From the NCBI RefSeq assembly GCF_009914755.1, contig NC_060936.1: a stretch of DNA of 64,000 bases. One strand, written 5' to 3'. Position numbers and translations under genes: made by a program. Below the pieces are notes generated by a model, which was not told where the DNA came from, made no database searches, and saw only the letters and a list, made by a program, of their open reading frames with translations. Origin of the DNA: the human T2T-CHM13v2.0 reference genome, Homo sapiens. Numbering within the stretch: position 1 is the stretch's first letter; every line of letters starts with the position of its first letter. Shown here piece by piece: positions 1 to 12,080 of this stretch.

Positions 1-241
1 AACTAATCTTCAATTTTATGATATTGAGAAACATATGCAACCAACTTTCAGTTAAGACAAGGATGTAGAGGGAAGAGGAAGAACAATGAAAGCAAGTGAA
101 GATAATAAACAAAAATTAATGAACCCTTACTATATATTGAGTGCTATCTCTTGACCAGATAGCAGAGGTGCAGATGGAAGCAAAATGAGATTTAGAATGG
201 GGCCAAGGAAAGGGAAGAAATGAACAGGAGTTTCTACCTTC

Positions 242-256
242 AATTGTCATGCTAAT
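242..256 (+). promoter_or_regulatory. Candidate SOX-OCT composite motif
   Basis: AATTGTCATGCTAAT is one mismatch from the CWTTGTYATGCWAAT composite. Motif match only. Confidence 0.3.
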
Positions 257-1364
257 CACAGGGATAGTTGCCAGAGAAGGAGGGAACCTGATAAATGAGC
301 AAGAGATTGACTGACATGACTGACCAGCCTCAGAATTTCATCTGGAATTTTACTGTTGAATCATGAGTTTCCCTCCAGTTGTTGGGGGAGGAACATGGGC
401 TGGATGAGGAGTTGTGTGTAGAGGCCACATGCAGATATACTTGTCTGAGGTGGGAGAGGCATACCTGGCTGGGTACACAAAAGCCAAGAGGAATGGATAG
501 ATCAAAAGCAAAGACATTTAAACCCCAGCCCAGAGTAACTGCTCAATAAATATTTGTGCAGCCCTTAGCACAATGAATGTCCTTAGTAATTCTGAGAAAA
601 TCTTTCTAATACTGCAACTGACATTTCAAAATTAAAGTTGCATGGTTCTAGGTGGCCACATAAACTCACCTTTTAAAAAATCAGCAACAAAAATTTTTGC
701 TTTGAATGATTAACAATACTTTGTTTTCCATTTTTTTTGTGCTGACAGTATTTCATCAAGCTACAACTTACACACAGCCATATGCACATCCTTGGTGTAC
801 AGCTCCATGAATGCTAACATATGAATACACTGCCCAGCTCAAGAGGACAAAGCAATACTAATACCTCCATTGGCTTCAAGCTGAGAAACAAAAAATCCTT
901 GTGCTAGATAATGCCCATTATCAGTGCCCCTCTCCACCCTCAGTCTAAGGGAGCCAAGGTAATTTTGGTGTGGTTGAGTTAATGGCTGGAATAGAAAGCC
1001 ATTTCTACTAAAGTTATCTTTACAATGTCAAAAACACAAGGGATATGTATTGCTTCATTCTTTTCCAAAAGAAGTGTCAGCCATGATAGTTCTATATTTA
1101 GAGGAAAATAAGAAAAACATTATTATGCTTTGGAGAGTAACTTGTGACCCTGCTTCTCTGAAAGGCATTTTCCTTGGTTAGTTAGTCTGTTCCTGAAAAC
1201 CACTAATAACCCAATTCTTCCGATTTGCTTTACTCCTGTGTCCCTCCAGGGGAACACACATACAGTCCCGTCAGGTATGAAATCAGAGGGACCAGAGCCT
1301 CAAAAAAATCTATTCTCACACTGCTTTTGCTTACGTGCCTCTAACTCTCATGGGATGGTCTATG

Positions 1365-1390
1365 GTTTCCATGGCAATACCTGGCAACAA
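1365..1390 (+). promoter_or_regulatory. Candidate RFX X-box plus adjacent half-site
   Basis: GTTTCCATGGCAAT (1365-1378) followed by CCTGGCAAC, in sequence with no recognisable repeat. Confidence 0.35.
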
Positions 1391-3534
1391 TGCTGGGCAG
1401 CCTTACAGGAGCTCTGTTTGGAAGCGATGGGGCTAAAACGCATCTGTCAGAGGTAATAAAGAGTTCTCTGTGTGAACATTTCTGTCTGACTGCTCCACTC
1501 AGACACCTGCGCAGGTTCAGAAGGTAATGAGCATGGAGCAGGGTGGGAATCTGGGGTGGGTGAGCCTATCGTATGGACAGTCTTTAGCACATGTCATGAT
1601 GGGGCCACGATCCTCACCCAACTGGGTGGCTTTGACCAGATAATAAGTTAAAAGCTGACACTGTGTCTGACCTCTGAAGTCTTTACTAAAGACTACATCG
1701 ATTCTCAGACTCATCTTTAAAAGTTGAATTTCTCATATTTTTACTCTCTGCCATCTCTAATAAGTTCCTTTTGCTGAATTTCCCATTTCTGTTAATGCTG
1801 TCACCATCTTCCTCAGCACGGAAAGCTTCAGGTTGAGGCTTTAATCCATTCTTCAAATTGAATCAAAAAAATCCTCTTAGTTTTTCATTCTCATTTTTTT
1901 CTTACGTCTATCCTTTTATATCCATTCATTCATTCATGTATCCATTCATTCAAAACATACTTATGAGCCCTTACTATTGACTGAGGATGCAACAAAGAAC
2001 AGAATGGGAAAAAAAAGTTCAGTATCTTTGGATGGGCTTAGAGCACAGAACCAGTTGATAGGTTATGACTCCCTATTGTGACAACTCAAGTCAGATTTCT
2101 ATCCACTACACTAGGAATTTTTCCAGTTATAAAGATCAAGTAATACTCTGGTAGGCTGCCAATCTCTTTCATTTCTATGGACAGGTGATTGATTAGCCAC
2201 CACCAAAGACCTTGTAGATATAAGTATCCTGACTATCAATATATCCCTGTTGCTATTAACTACTTCTACTTTGATGATACCTTTTTACTGGCAATTAAAT
2301 GCTAGTGCTTGTGCTCTGCCCCCGTAGGATCCCTTCATCCTCATCACAACGGCAACATCTCCCACTATCACCCCAGCTTAGAGAGGCAGCCACTGCTGAG
2401 TTTTTATAGTATGCTGCTGCTCCAATCACTGCTTTATTTATGATTTCATGAAATGAGGGTGTCATGGGGTCATCAGGGAATATCTGCTACAAGAAGAGGC
2501 TCTCAATATTCAGATATCCCAGGTGACATGTTCTGTGGCAGGAAGTCACTTTCCCCAGCCATCCAGAGTGGCAGACAGAGAGTGTGGAGGAGCTTGGCAG
2601 CAGGGAATCACACTTTCCAAGGCTGAACTGACAATTGCTACTACTAAGTGTCTAACCTGCCAAGAGCAGAAACCAAAAGGGAGCCATTAATATACTATCA
2701 TTTTTCCAGGAAACCAGAGAACCACCTGGTAGCTGATTACTCATATTGAAACTCTCCATCATAAAGGGCAGCCAGCCACGTGTGCTCATTAGAAAGTATA
2801 TGTATTACAGTACAGATTTCTCTTTCCTGTTATGTTTTTGCCATCTCATTATCCTTGGACTTTTATTACATCTTATTCATCATCATGGCATACCCAGACA
2901 ATATTTGCTTCTAAACAAGGAATTTATTCCATGGCAAAAGAAGTATAGCAATGGGCCCATGTACATGGTCTTACCATGTGCCACATCTCCCAGAAGCAGC
3001 TGCTCTGATCAAATGGTAGAATGGCCAATTAGAGGCCAGCTGGAAGAGAAAACCCTGAAAGGCTGGGGTTCTATCCAATAGAGTGAAATACATGCTTTGA
3101 ACCAGTGATCAATGTGTGGTGCAATTTATCCCACAGCCAGAATCAAGGGGCAGAACTTGGGAATGGATTCTCCTACAGCTACACTAGCAATCCACTGAGA
3201 TAATGTTTGTTACCTGTCTCTACACCTTTGAGCTCTGTTGATTTAGGAATTTTCATTTACAAAGAGAAAGTATTCCACGTAGGCGTAGATGACCATTTGA
3301 AGCTTCTAATGCTACTAAACCAAAAGGCTAAAAAGGAATTTTATACTGGCTGGGAAAATTGGGTTCTACTACTCAAGAAGACAGAGAAAACTAGTCCCAG
3401 AGCCTGTGGTCTTCTAAGGGTGTCTCTTATACTCCTCGGTGCAACATTTTGGAAAACCATATCAACTCAATAAATGCAAGACCTCTGGGAATTCAGGCCC
3501 CTTAAAGAATGAAGGCTTTCAGGTAAGAAGTCTT

Positions 3535-3739
3535 GGCCGGGTGCAGTGGCTCACACCTGTAATCCCAGCACTCTGGGAAGCTGAGGTAGAGGAGAGCTTG
3601 AGCCCTGGAGTTTGAGATCAGCCTGGGAAATACAGGGAGACCCCCATCTCTGAAAAAATGGAATTTTAAAAAATCTATCAGCTGGATATGGTGTGTGCAC
3701 CTGGGCAACAGAGCAAAAGCCTGTATCTTAAAAAACAAG
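3535..3739 (+). mobile_element. AluJ-like element with internal deletion of the right monomer
   Basis: Starts GGCCGGGTGCAGTGGCTCAC. The right arm jumps from 'gcacctg' to 'ggcaacagag'. Confidence 0.9.
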
Positions 3740-3871
3740 AGAGAGAGACTCTACAAGCTGAGTTGCTAGCTTACAACGAATGTAACATCAAATAGACAAA
3801 TAGACAGTGGAAGAGGAATTGATATTAGTGATGACCTCATGAATAGTTATAGAAATGTGACTCTTATGAAT

Positions 3872-3924
3872 GTCTACCTTTGTTTAATTTGTGTGTGTGT
3901 ATCTACCTTTGCTTAATTTGTGTG

Positions 3925-3956
<32 letters not shown>

Positions 3957-3979
3957 ATCTATCTATATATATATATATA
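3872..3979. repeat. ~30-bp tandem duplication running into a (TATC)n/(TA)n microsatellite
   Basis: tctacctttgYttaatttgtgtgt occurs twice, then about 10 TATC units and a TA run. Confidence 0.95.
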
Positions 3980-4254
3980 ATGTTAATTCGTTTCTTCCCC
4001 CTCCTTTTTTCCCCTATTATTTTACTTAAGTTCTACTATTCATGATTAAGTTTATAACGTCATCTTTAGTTTACAGAGTATTCAGATAGATATGTAGATA
4101 TGCATATGATTGTTACAGGAAATCTCTTTTGGTTAGAAGGTAATACAGTCTTCATTTGTATGAGGGATAATTGCATCTTATTAGGCAGAGCACGGAGCTC
4201 TTATAATTGGTTAGAAGGATGGGGACTGATGCTGACTAACCAAGAGGATAGACA

Positions 4255-4941
4255 AGACTAGTTATTTGCCTACTTTCTCTGAGCTCCAAGTCCTGCTATA
4301 CTTTGCAGTGGTGAGCCTAGACTAGCTTGCCAGCTGGCCCTCTATTAGGTTCTGCTAATGAGAGGCACCAGAGGGATTGGAAGGTGGGAAGAGGAGAGAA
4401 GGGACATCCCTTCTGTTTCTAGTCCCTTCTGGCAATGCTCCCGCAGCCACAGGTGGCTGGCTCAGCCTCCAGGTTCTTCAATACTCCCAGTGCCAGCTTT
4501 TCCATGCCCCTGCAGAGGCACCTGCAGGCATGAGGCCCAGCACTTTTGGGAGTTCAGTGCTAGCCATGCCATCCTTCCTCACCCATGGAGCCAGGCCCTT
4601 CCATGGTCTGCATTCACCAGATCATGCCCTCTCCTCAGAGGCATAAGCACCCATTAGGCCACACTCCTCTGGAGGTCCAGCACTCACCTGACCTTGACCC
4701 TTCTTGGGATTCTGATCGCCAACACTGAGGCATCCCCAGATTCTGCTAACCCACCTCTTCCTTTCTCTTTCCTAGTCCTAGATTAGTAACTAATTCCTGT
4801 GGTTATGCATGTCAGTCACCTCAGCACTTCTTCCAATGGTGTGCGATTAATGACATCTATTCCCCTTTGCTTTAAATATCCAGTTTGTCAGGTTTCTTGT
4901 TTATGGTATTTTTTCCCCCTAACTGGACCTTGTTTGATACA
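4255..4941 (+). mobile_element. ERVL LTR (LTR33-like), probably the 3' LTR of the upstream internal remnant
   Basis: 'tgccagctggccctctattaggttctgctaat...gaaggtgggaagaggagagaaggg' and terminal 'ctggaccttgtttgataca', preceded by a purine-rich tract. Confidence 0.65.
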
Positions 4942-7361
4942 GAGAAGAGCAGGTTTGGAGGGAAAACTGATTAACACCACTATTCATGCATTGTCGCTCC
5001 GTTCATTCATCCATTCACTCTTCCACCTATTAAATATTTCTTGAATTCTTATTGGGCACTCCACTAGGCTTTGAGATAAAAAGGTGAATAGGCATGGTTT
5101 GTCCCAGCCAGCAAAGATTTCCTTTAAGGCCTAGGGGAGGAAGCAGGCCATCCAACCAGCAGTAGCCAGAGAGTGCCACGGTGGAAGAGGAGCACTGACC
5201 TCAGTCAGGGGTTGAGGCAGACTCAGAAACAATTCCAGAAGCAGTGGCATCTGCACACACAATGCATGAAGGGAGGAGATGCTCCAGGCAGAGAGAACAA
5301 CAGGGTTAAAGAAAAATATGTTTGAGGTAAGGTGGCAGGTTTAGTCCTCTGATTGTGATGGAGCTCAGATTGCAGAGCATATGACGAGGAGAGGAAGACA
5401 GATGAGAAAGCAGAAGTGGGGAAGACAGCCGAATGAGAGCCTGGCAGCTCCTGTAAGCCACAGCGCCTTTCCCTCTCCTGTCTCCTCTCTTGCTCCATTC
5501 GGTGATCAATGTTGGGCACACATTGCTCCTCTGACCTGTGGAAAGGAAAGGAGTGTGGAGAGTGTCAACTCCTCAGCCTCAATCCAAAAGCCCCAATAAC
5601 AACTGTTTCCCAGTCAATCATCTCACCTCTAGGTTGCATGCTTTCTTGCAAATTTGGCTCTGCACTCCAATTTCCTTCTAGAGCTTTCTCTCCTTTGTCT
5701 TATCTGGGCTCTTTTCCTCTCAGTCTCCCCATCTTCTTAATGAACAGCAATTTTGTTCTCTCAGCTTTTTCGAACCCATCTCATCACCCCCATCAAATTC
5801 ACCCATGCAGTTACCAGGGCCCACTCTCCTTAGCAGGCACCAGATTATATGCAGCAGAATCTTTTCTTGTCATGGGATGAATACAGTGAATAACATGAGT
5901 AGGTGTCAGAAGTGTGAGTGAAAGAACTGCCCCTGCTTGCTAGGGCCACATTGAGGTTGGAGGTGGGAGGAGATGCTCTTGATAACCTGGCCTGTATTCT
6001 CAGTGCCAGGAGGAGTGTGCACCCATCCAATCATTATTTAGTAAAAATATTTTTGTAAATAAAATACAGCCTAAGTACCTTGAATAATTTTAAATTCATA
6101 TCAGATGCAGCTTTTGAAGTTATAAGATTCTTTGACTTATGTGAACAATGTAACCCATGTGTAATTAAAAATTTTTAATGGAATTGTATCTCCCACTGAT
6201 TGCCATGTTTATGCTCTCTGCATATTCCCACACAAACTATACTCTGGCACCAATATCTGAGCACTGTCATAGCGTCAAAATGTGTAGCCATCATTCTATC
6301 ACCTCAAATCCAGAACACACGCAAAACTACACAACTATCCTGTCAATGTTACAAAGAGAATCACCAAAGGAAAATGCAAAATTATGTGTACAAAAAAAAT
6401 CTATTCATGTCACCTGATCTCACATTTAGTTTCCCTCTCTCCACACACTCCATATTATCATGTAATGGGATAATGAGTGCATTTTTGAATTTTCCAAATT
6501 TTTTACAATGCAACTGTATGCCTTTTATAGTTACGTGTTAGAGCTTTTACATGAGTTATTCAGATACCTGGGAATATCTGGCAAACCAATGGACCCAGCC
6601 TTTCTGATGTGTATTTGCACAAAAAATTGAGAAGACTTCTTAGAGCCAAGAATGACGGTTTTGATCCAGTACACAACCCTTGGTCATCAGAAAGGAGGGA
6701 TGGTCCTGATCACATTCTGAAGTGGGTCTCTTGGGTATGTCTGTGACTTTGGTTTCATATCTACATTCTCTGGAGAAAGAGAGGTAAGGTAAAAGCTAAC
6801 ATTTCTGTATGACTAAACATTCTTTATAACATCGGGGCTCAGGTATCACACAAAACAAACATTCTTCTCCTATTCACGACAGAACTGCTTTGACACCTGG
6901 AAGAATCTGGCGGGAGATGGTGGTGCCCAGCAAGAGGATGTTGATTCTAAAATGTCCCAAAAATGCTCACCTGCAAAGAGGAATTACTCTCTGCAGAAGC
7001 AGCAGTATTGCACCATGGTTCTTGCAGAAGAGGCAAGAGTGCCCACTGGGCAGAAAGTGGTGCCAGTTGGACCCAGAAGTGGCATCCAAAAAAAAGTCAG
7101 GCACAAGGCTAAGCCTGGCAGACTTGGTAAACCTGAGGGAGGAAGACAGTGACAGAGGAAGATGAATAAAACCCCCAAGCCATCTGGCAATATGTGAGAC
7201 ACTGTGGGGATGCCCAGGATAAAACCGAAAGAATTTTGAAGAAGCTGGAGCAAGAGTTAGAGGTGAGAAAAATACATCTCAGGGTGCCTCACACAGGGTA
7301 GGCAATCAAGATTTTCCTTTTAGAAAGGTGGGTTTAAATGCCAGGAGAGAAGGTATAGAGG

Positions 7362-7441
7362 AGAATAGAACAGAATGGAATGGAACGGAACGGAATGGAA
7401 TGGAACGGAATGGAATGGAATGGAACGGAATGGAATGGAAT
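7362..7441 (+). repeat. (GGAAT/GGAAC)n pentamer repeat, HSAT3-like
   Basis: About 16 pentamer units visible directly. Confidence 0.95.
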
Positions 7442-8330
7442 AATGACTCAGTTATAAATGTATTCTCTCCATAGCGTTACAATCTGTCTTGAGTAAATTT
7501 CTATCTTCTGGTCCTTGCTCTGTCCTCTATAGCAAGCAACTCTCTTGTCACTATAGCAGGGACTTATTGAACTATGTTTTATGGATTCCTGGGATTCAAT
7601 CAGAGGTGTCTCAGAGACAAAGTGGGGATTTGGGGGAGGGGCTCTGGTGTGGTTCCATCCATGATTGTGCTTAGGGGAAAAAAAGGATTTCTCAACTTAA
7701 AACAAAGTCACTGCTCTATGGCAATATCATATAAGACAAGTCATCCTTCAAAACAATAACCCTTCAAATATTTGGAGACAGCTGTCGCATCTCTGCTTAT
7801 TCCTTTCTCCTGAGGCGAAAACATGTCAGACACCTGCTCCTCAGCTAAGGCGCTCCAGGTCCTTCATCCTCCTGGCTGCTTTCACACACTGCCTTCTGCT
7901 TAGTACTTGTCCTTTTGAATATGTGTGTGGCTGGATAGAAATTCACGGACTTTGACCCAGATATGCTTTTTTAAAAATCGTTATTATCATGATCATGTGA
8001 GAAAAATTAAACTTTCCAGATAAATTAAACTTCCAATTTAAAGTACACACTATTCTGCTAGAACACCTGTTTCTATAACACCAATCACTCACACACAATT
8101 GATCGACAGAAAGATGATGTCAGTATAATGCAGAAGTTGCTTTGGTTTATAAGTGGTTTTCACTGACAAGGGAAGAGGAATTAGCAGGAACAGCATTATA
8201 TCCATCAGCAGGAAAGGACAATGCCTCAGTTTGACAGTTGTACAGGCAGGAGTGTTTTAATCTGCATTTTAAGAAAATAAAAAACGAGCACCTACTAAAG
8301 AATTGTGGGTTTTTTAAAATAAGCATCTTC

Positions 8331-8646
8331 CTAGCGGGAAATAGTAGCTCATGCCTGTGATCACAGCACTTTGGGAGGCTGAGGCAGGCAGATCACTTGA
8401 GGTCAGGAGTTCAAGACCAGCCTGGTCAACATGATGAAACTCCATCTCTCCTAAAAATACAAAAAATTAGCCAGGCATGGTGGCATGCGCCTGTAATCCC
8501 AGCTACTCAGGAGGGTGAGGCACGAGAATCGCTTGAACCTGGGAGGCAGAGGCTACAGTGAGCCAAGATCGCACCACACTGCACTCCAGCCTGGGCAACA
8601 GAGCAAGACTCTGTCTCTAAATAAGTACATAAATAAATAAATAAAC
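8331..8646 (+). mobile_element. AluS
   Basis: Dimeric Alu with a (TAAA)n tail and TSD agcatcttcc on both sides. Confidence 0.95.
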
Positions 8647-9258
8647 CAGCATCTTCCCCAAGCTCAGAACTCCCCTTCCACCTGCCTTGTCTCAAACAGC
8701 AACCTCATGTATTTGCACTCCTGTTTCTCAGATGTGTTATGCCCTGAAGCAACCTGAAGCCACTGATTTGCCTGCCTGCCCGACAGTCTGTGTTAGCCCT
8801 GAGATACACATGATTGCTTGGTTAGTGCTCTCTTTACCCAGTCATAGCAATTTTTTAATAGTTTGCCCCTAATCTTATTTTGCTACAAAGCTTGCTACTC
8901 TTCCTGAGCAGTTTTACAGATAGCAAAGTTTTTTGCATGGAGTTATAACAGAAAGGCCTATAGTTTCCTTCAGGCCAATATTCAATCAGTTCAAAATTTA
9001 AACTCTTCATAAGAGTGTTTCTCCACTCTCAACCCCCTTCCCCGACACTTCCCAAAATGGTTTGTAAATTCGGAGGCAGCTTATGTATCCTAATGGCAGT
9101 GGGAATACAAAAGGGCCTCTGATCTCATTCGGTACCCTGAGTCTTCCCTGTCCTCTCTTGAGATGTCCCCATCCATCTAGTCTCAGGTCCTCTGGGCTGA
9201 TACTGGGCTGCCCCCACCTTCCCTGGCATCTCTAGAGATTGTACAATCACCTACTGCT

Positions 9259-9293
9259 AAAAAAAAAAAAAAAAAAAAAAAAAAGTTTTTTTT
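9259..9293. repeat. A26-G-T8 homopolymer tract
   Basis: Visible directly. No Alu or L1 body is attached. Confidence 0.95.
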
Positions 9294-10769
9294 CCTACAG
9301 CTTCCAGTTGCAAAGTCCTGGCCGTGTTCTCTCCTCCACCTGAACTCCGAACCTGCCTAATGCATGGGCTTCCCAGCCCTTCTCCACTCCCCCAGGGAAA
9401 GAGGCAGGGCTCTCTGTTTACATGATTCAGCCTGTGACAGGAAGAAGGCAATGAAGGGCACTATTTTAGGCCCATCAATCTAGCCACCTCCCCACCAATG
9501 CTGCTCTTCTGCTCTGCACTGTATAAATGAGAGCATGGCAGGGACTTTTGCTCTGTCTTATCCTCCACCTCCCAAGGTTTGGCTTCTCCTATAGCTCTAT
9601 GTGCAGACTGCCATGCCTGACACTTAATACGTAAGGGAAACTTTAGAAAATGGGAAATCCTTGTGTGTCTCAACACAGCCTGGTTTTCAAGATTATTATC
9701 TCTTTATAATTTCAAGAAAAATCAAATTTGAGTCTCAAAATCAAAAAGTATTTCTCTCACTATTGTAGGCTGTTATTTTCTCTTCAGCTGAAGCAATGAT
9801 TATCAGTGATTTGGAGCAGAGAAGCTGTGGTTCAAGACGGAAACTAGGAATGTTGAAAATCAAGATAACTTTGGTTTATCATTTTTAACAATTTCATCAA
9901 GGTTTCATGTGATGTCCAGAATTAAACATGTAGGCTGACCAGCAAAGAGTTCAGTGGGACTAGAACTGGGAATGAGTCAACCTCTACAAAGGAAATTCCT
10001 TTTTTATTAGCCTTATCATGGGTTTCAATCATGCAACTGAGTTAAAAGGCTGTTGGAAAAGAGGAGATGGGATCCATCCTTGGTTCCCCAAGGTCACACA
10101 TCGGCAATTTCTGCACCAAGAATGCTGTTGGGAGAGCCCTGTCTGCTCTTTTCATCTCTGTGAGGGTCTGCCTCTGCCCCAGCTGTGGCCCTAGTAATGT
10201 CTCTGTTGCTTTTACTTATCCTATTACCTTATGCCTCTAAGATTTTTTGCTCAAAGGAGTTCCCTGCAACTACCAAGCACAGGAAATAAATGGCGCCATC
10301 TTCCTCGACAGATGGCTGGGCCCCAAGGCTCACCACACTGGACGCCTTGACCAAGGAGGTCCTGCTCCTGTCATTTACGAAGGCTGACTCACACCGCTGA
10401 AGTCATCCTGACAGGCTGCACTGCCCCCACAGAGCACCTTCTAGTGCCTTGCCCTCTCCATTCCTACGCAATGTGATAAAATGCTCCTGCTCTTTCTTCT
10501 CTGTAGTCAATTAATACACTTCTGGAAGAGGGTTTCACCTCCAGAAAGGGATACACCAAGTGGCAAACATACCAAATTTCTCTGCCCTGTGTGCACATTT
10601 CATCATTTCTACTATATCTAGAGTCTTATGTACCGAAGGTAAACAGAGAAACCAAGAGAAGAAGGTGGCAAGGATGGGGCGAAGATTTATCCAGGCCTCT
10701 GAGCAGGCCCGGAGCTAATGTTTTATACTTTTGTAAATCAGCTTCCCATAGACAGTTCTCCAACCTACA

Positions 10770-11065
10770 GCTAGATGTTCATTTGAAAGTGCAAATCCTG
10801 TCACATATCACTCCTCTCCTCAACACTGTCCAAGGCTTCTCTTCAATCTCACAACACAATTAAGTTCCTTACTCTGGCCTGTGAGGCTGTACATCATCCA
10901 AATCTGCTTCTATCCCTTACCTCATCTTCTACTCAGTACACCTCGCCACACCGGCCTTTTACTGCTCTGGGATTCCCCATGTTTGTTCCTGCCTCAGGAC
11001 TTCTGCCCTTGATTTTGCCTCTTCCTGGAACACACTGCCCTCAAAACAACTCACTGCTCACTCTC
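10770..11065 (+). mobile_element. L2 3'-region fragment
   Basis: 'atatcactcctctcctcaacactgtccaaggcttctc...tcctgcctcaggacttctgcccttg...cttcctggaacac' is typical of L2. Confidence 0.65.
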
Positions 11066-11259
11066 TCACAGTAAGGAAGAATTTCCAAAACTTCTTTGGT
11101 TCATGCAATGAAAGTTCAGCAGTATTTTCATGTCTACTGTTGGGCAAAAGAAATACCGAACAGTTCTGTGTATTAAGGAGTTCAGTCCACACAACATAGT
11201 AAGCATTTATGGCCATTTAGAAAATGATATGCATAAATTGAAATTTAAAATAATATTTT

Positions 11260-11547
11260 AGCCTGGGCATGGTGGCTCACACCTGTAATCCCAGCACTTA
11301 GGGAGGCCGAGGCGGGCAGATCAGCTGAGGTAAAGAGTTCAAGAACAGCCTGGCCAACATGGCCAGACCCTGTCTCTACAAATACACAAAAAATTAGCTT
11401 GGCATGGTGGTGTGCGCCTTTAGACCCAGCTACTCGGGAAGCTGAGGCAAGAGAATCTCTTGAACCCAGGAGGCAGAGGTTGCAGTGAGCCAAGATCATG
11501 ACAATTCACTCCACCCTGGGGGAGAGGGTGAGACTCTGTCTCAAAAA

Positions 11548-11578
<31 letters not shown>

Positions 11579-11580
11579 AA
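11260..11580 (+). mobile_element. AluS
   Basis: Dimeric Alu with a (TAAA)n tail. Confidence 0.95.
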
Positions 11581-11616
11581 TTTTAATTTTCTTTATAAGT
11601 AACACAATCACTTACT

Positions 11617-12080
11617 GCATTAGTTTCCTAAGACTACTTCCTAGCCTATTCTTATGGTAACAAATTGCCATAAACTTGGTGGTTTTAAATAACAGAAATG
11701 TATTCTCTCATAGTCCTAGAGACCAGAAGTCTGAAAGTGAGGTGTCATCAATGGCCCGCTCACTTCAGAGGCTCCAGAGAGTAAATCCATTTCATACCTC
11801 TGTAGCTTCTGACGGTTGCAGCAATTATTGGCATTCCTTAGCTTGTAGCCAGATCACTCCAATCTCTGCCTTCATACCACTTTGTCCACTGTGTGTGTCT
11901 GGGTCTAATCTCTCTCTGTCTCTTATAAGGACACATGTGATTCCATTCAGATAAGCCAGGATAAATGCATTCTCTCAAGAGCCTTAACTTAATTACATCT
12001 TTTGCCATATAAGGTAATATTCACTTTTTCACAATATGAGGTAACATTCACAGGTTCTGGGAGTTAGGAAGTAAATGTAT
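11617..12080 (-). mobile_element. MaLR LTR (MLT1C-like)
   Basis: 'tgcattagtttcct...acaaattgccataaacttggtgg...ccagaagtctgaaa...tcttataaggacac...cattcacaggttctggg'. Confidence 0.85.

Larger units (their letters stand above)
2555..4250 (+). mobile_element. Decayed ERVL internal sequence (integrase and dUTPase-region remnant), interrupted by an Alu
   Basis: Resembles ERVL pol: 'ccaaggctgaactg...tgtctaacctgccaagagcagaaacca' (CxxC), 'catcatggcatacc' (HHGIP), 'tggtcttaccatgtgcc...ccagaagcagctg'. Many stops and frameshifts. Confidence 0.75.

Noticed and set aside
2746-3081. 111-aa ORF in the ERVL region as a possible domesticated integrase
   Set aside because: Only a few residues (HHGIP) are in the integrase frame, and the remnant is heavily frameshifted.
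10420-10440. CTCF-like sequence (ctgtgggggcag on the minus strand), and similar at 13233-13248
   Set aside because: The 5' half or the spacing of the core does not match, and both are much weaker than the 28866 site.
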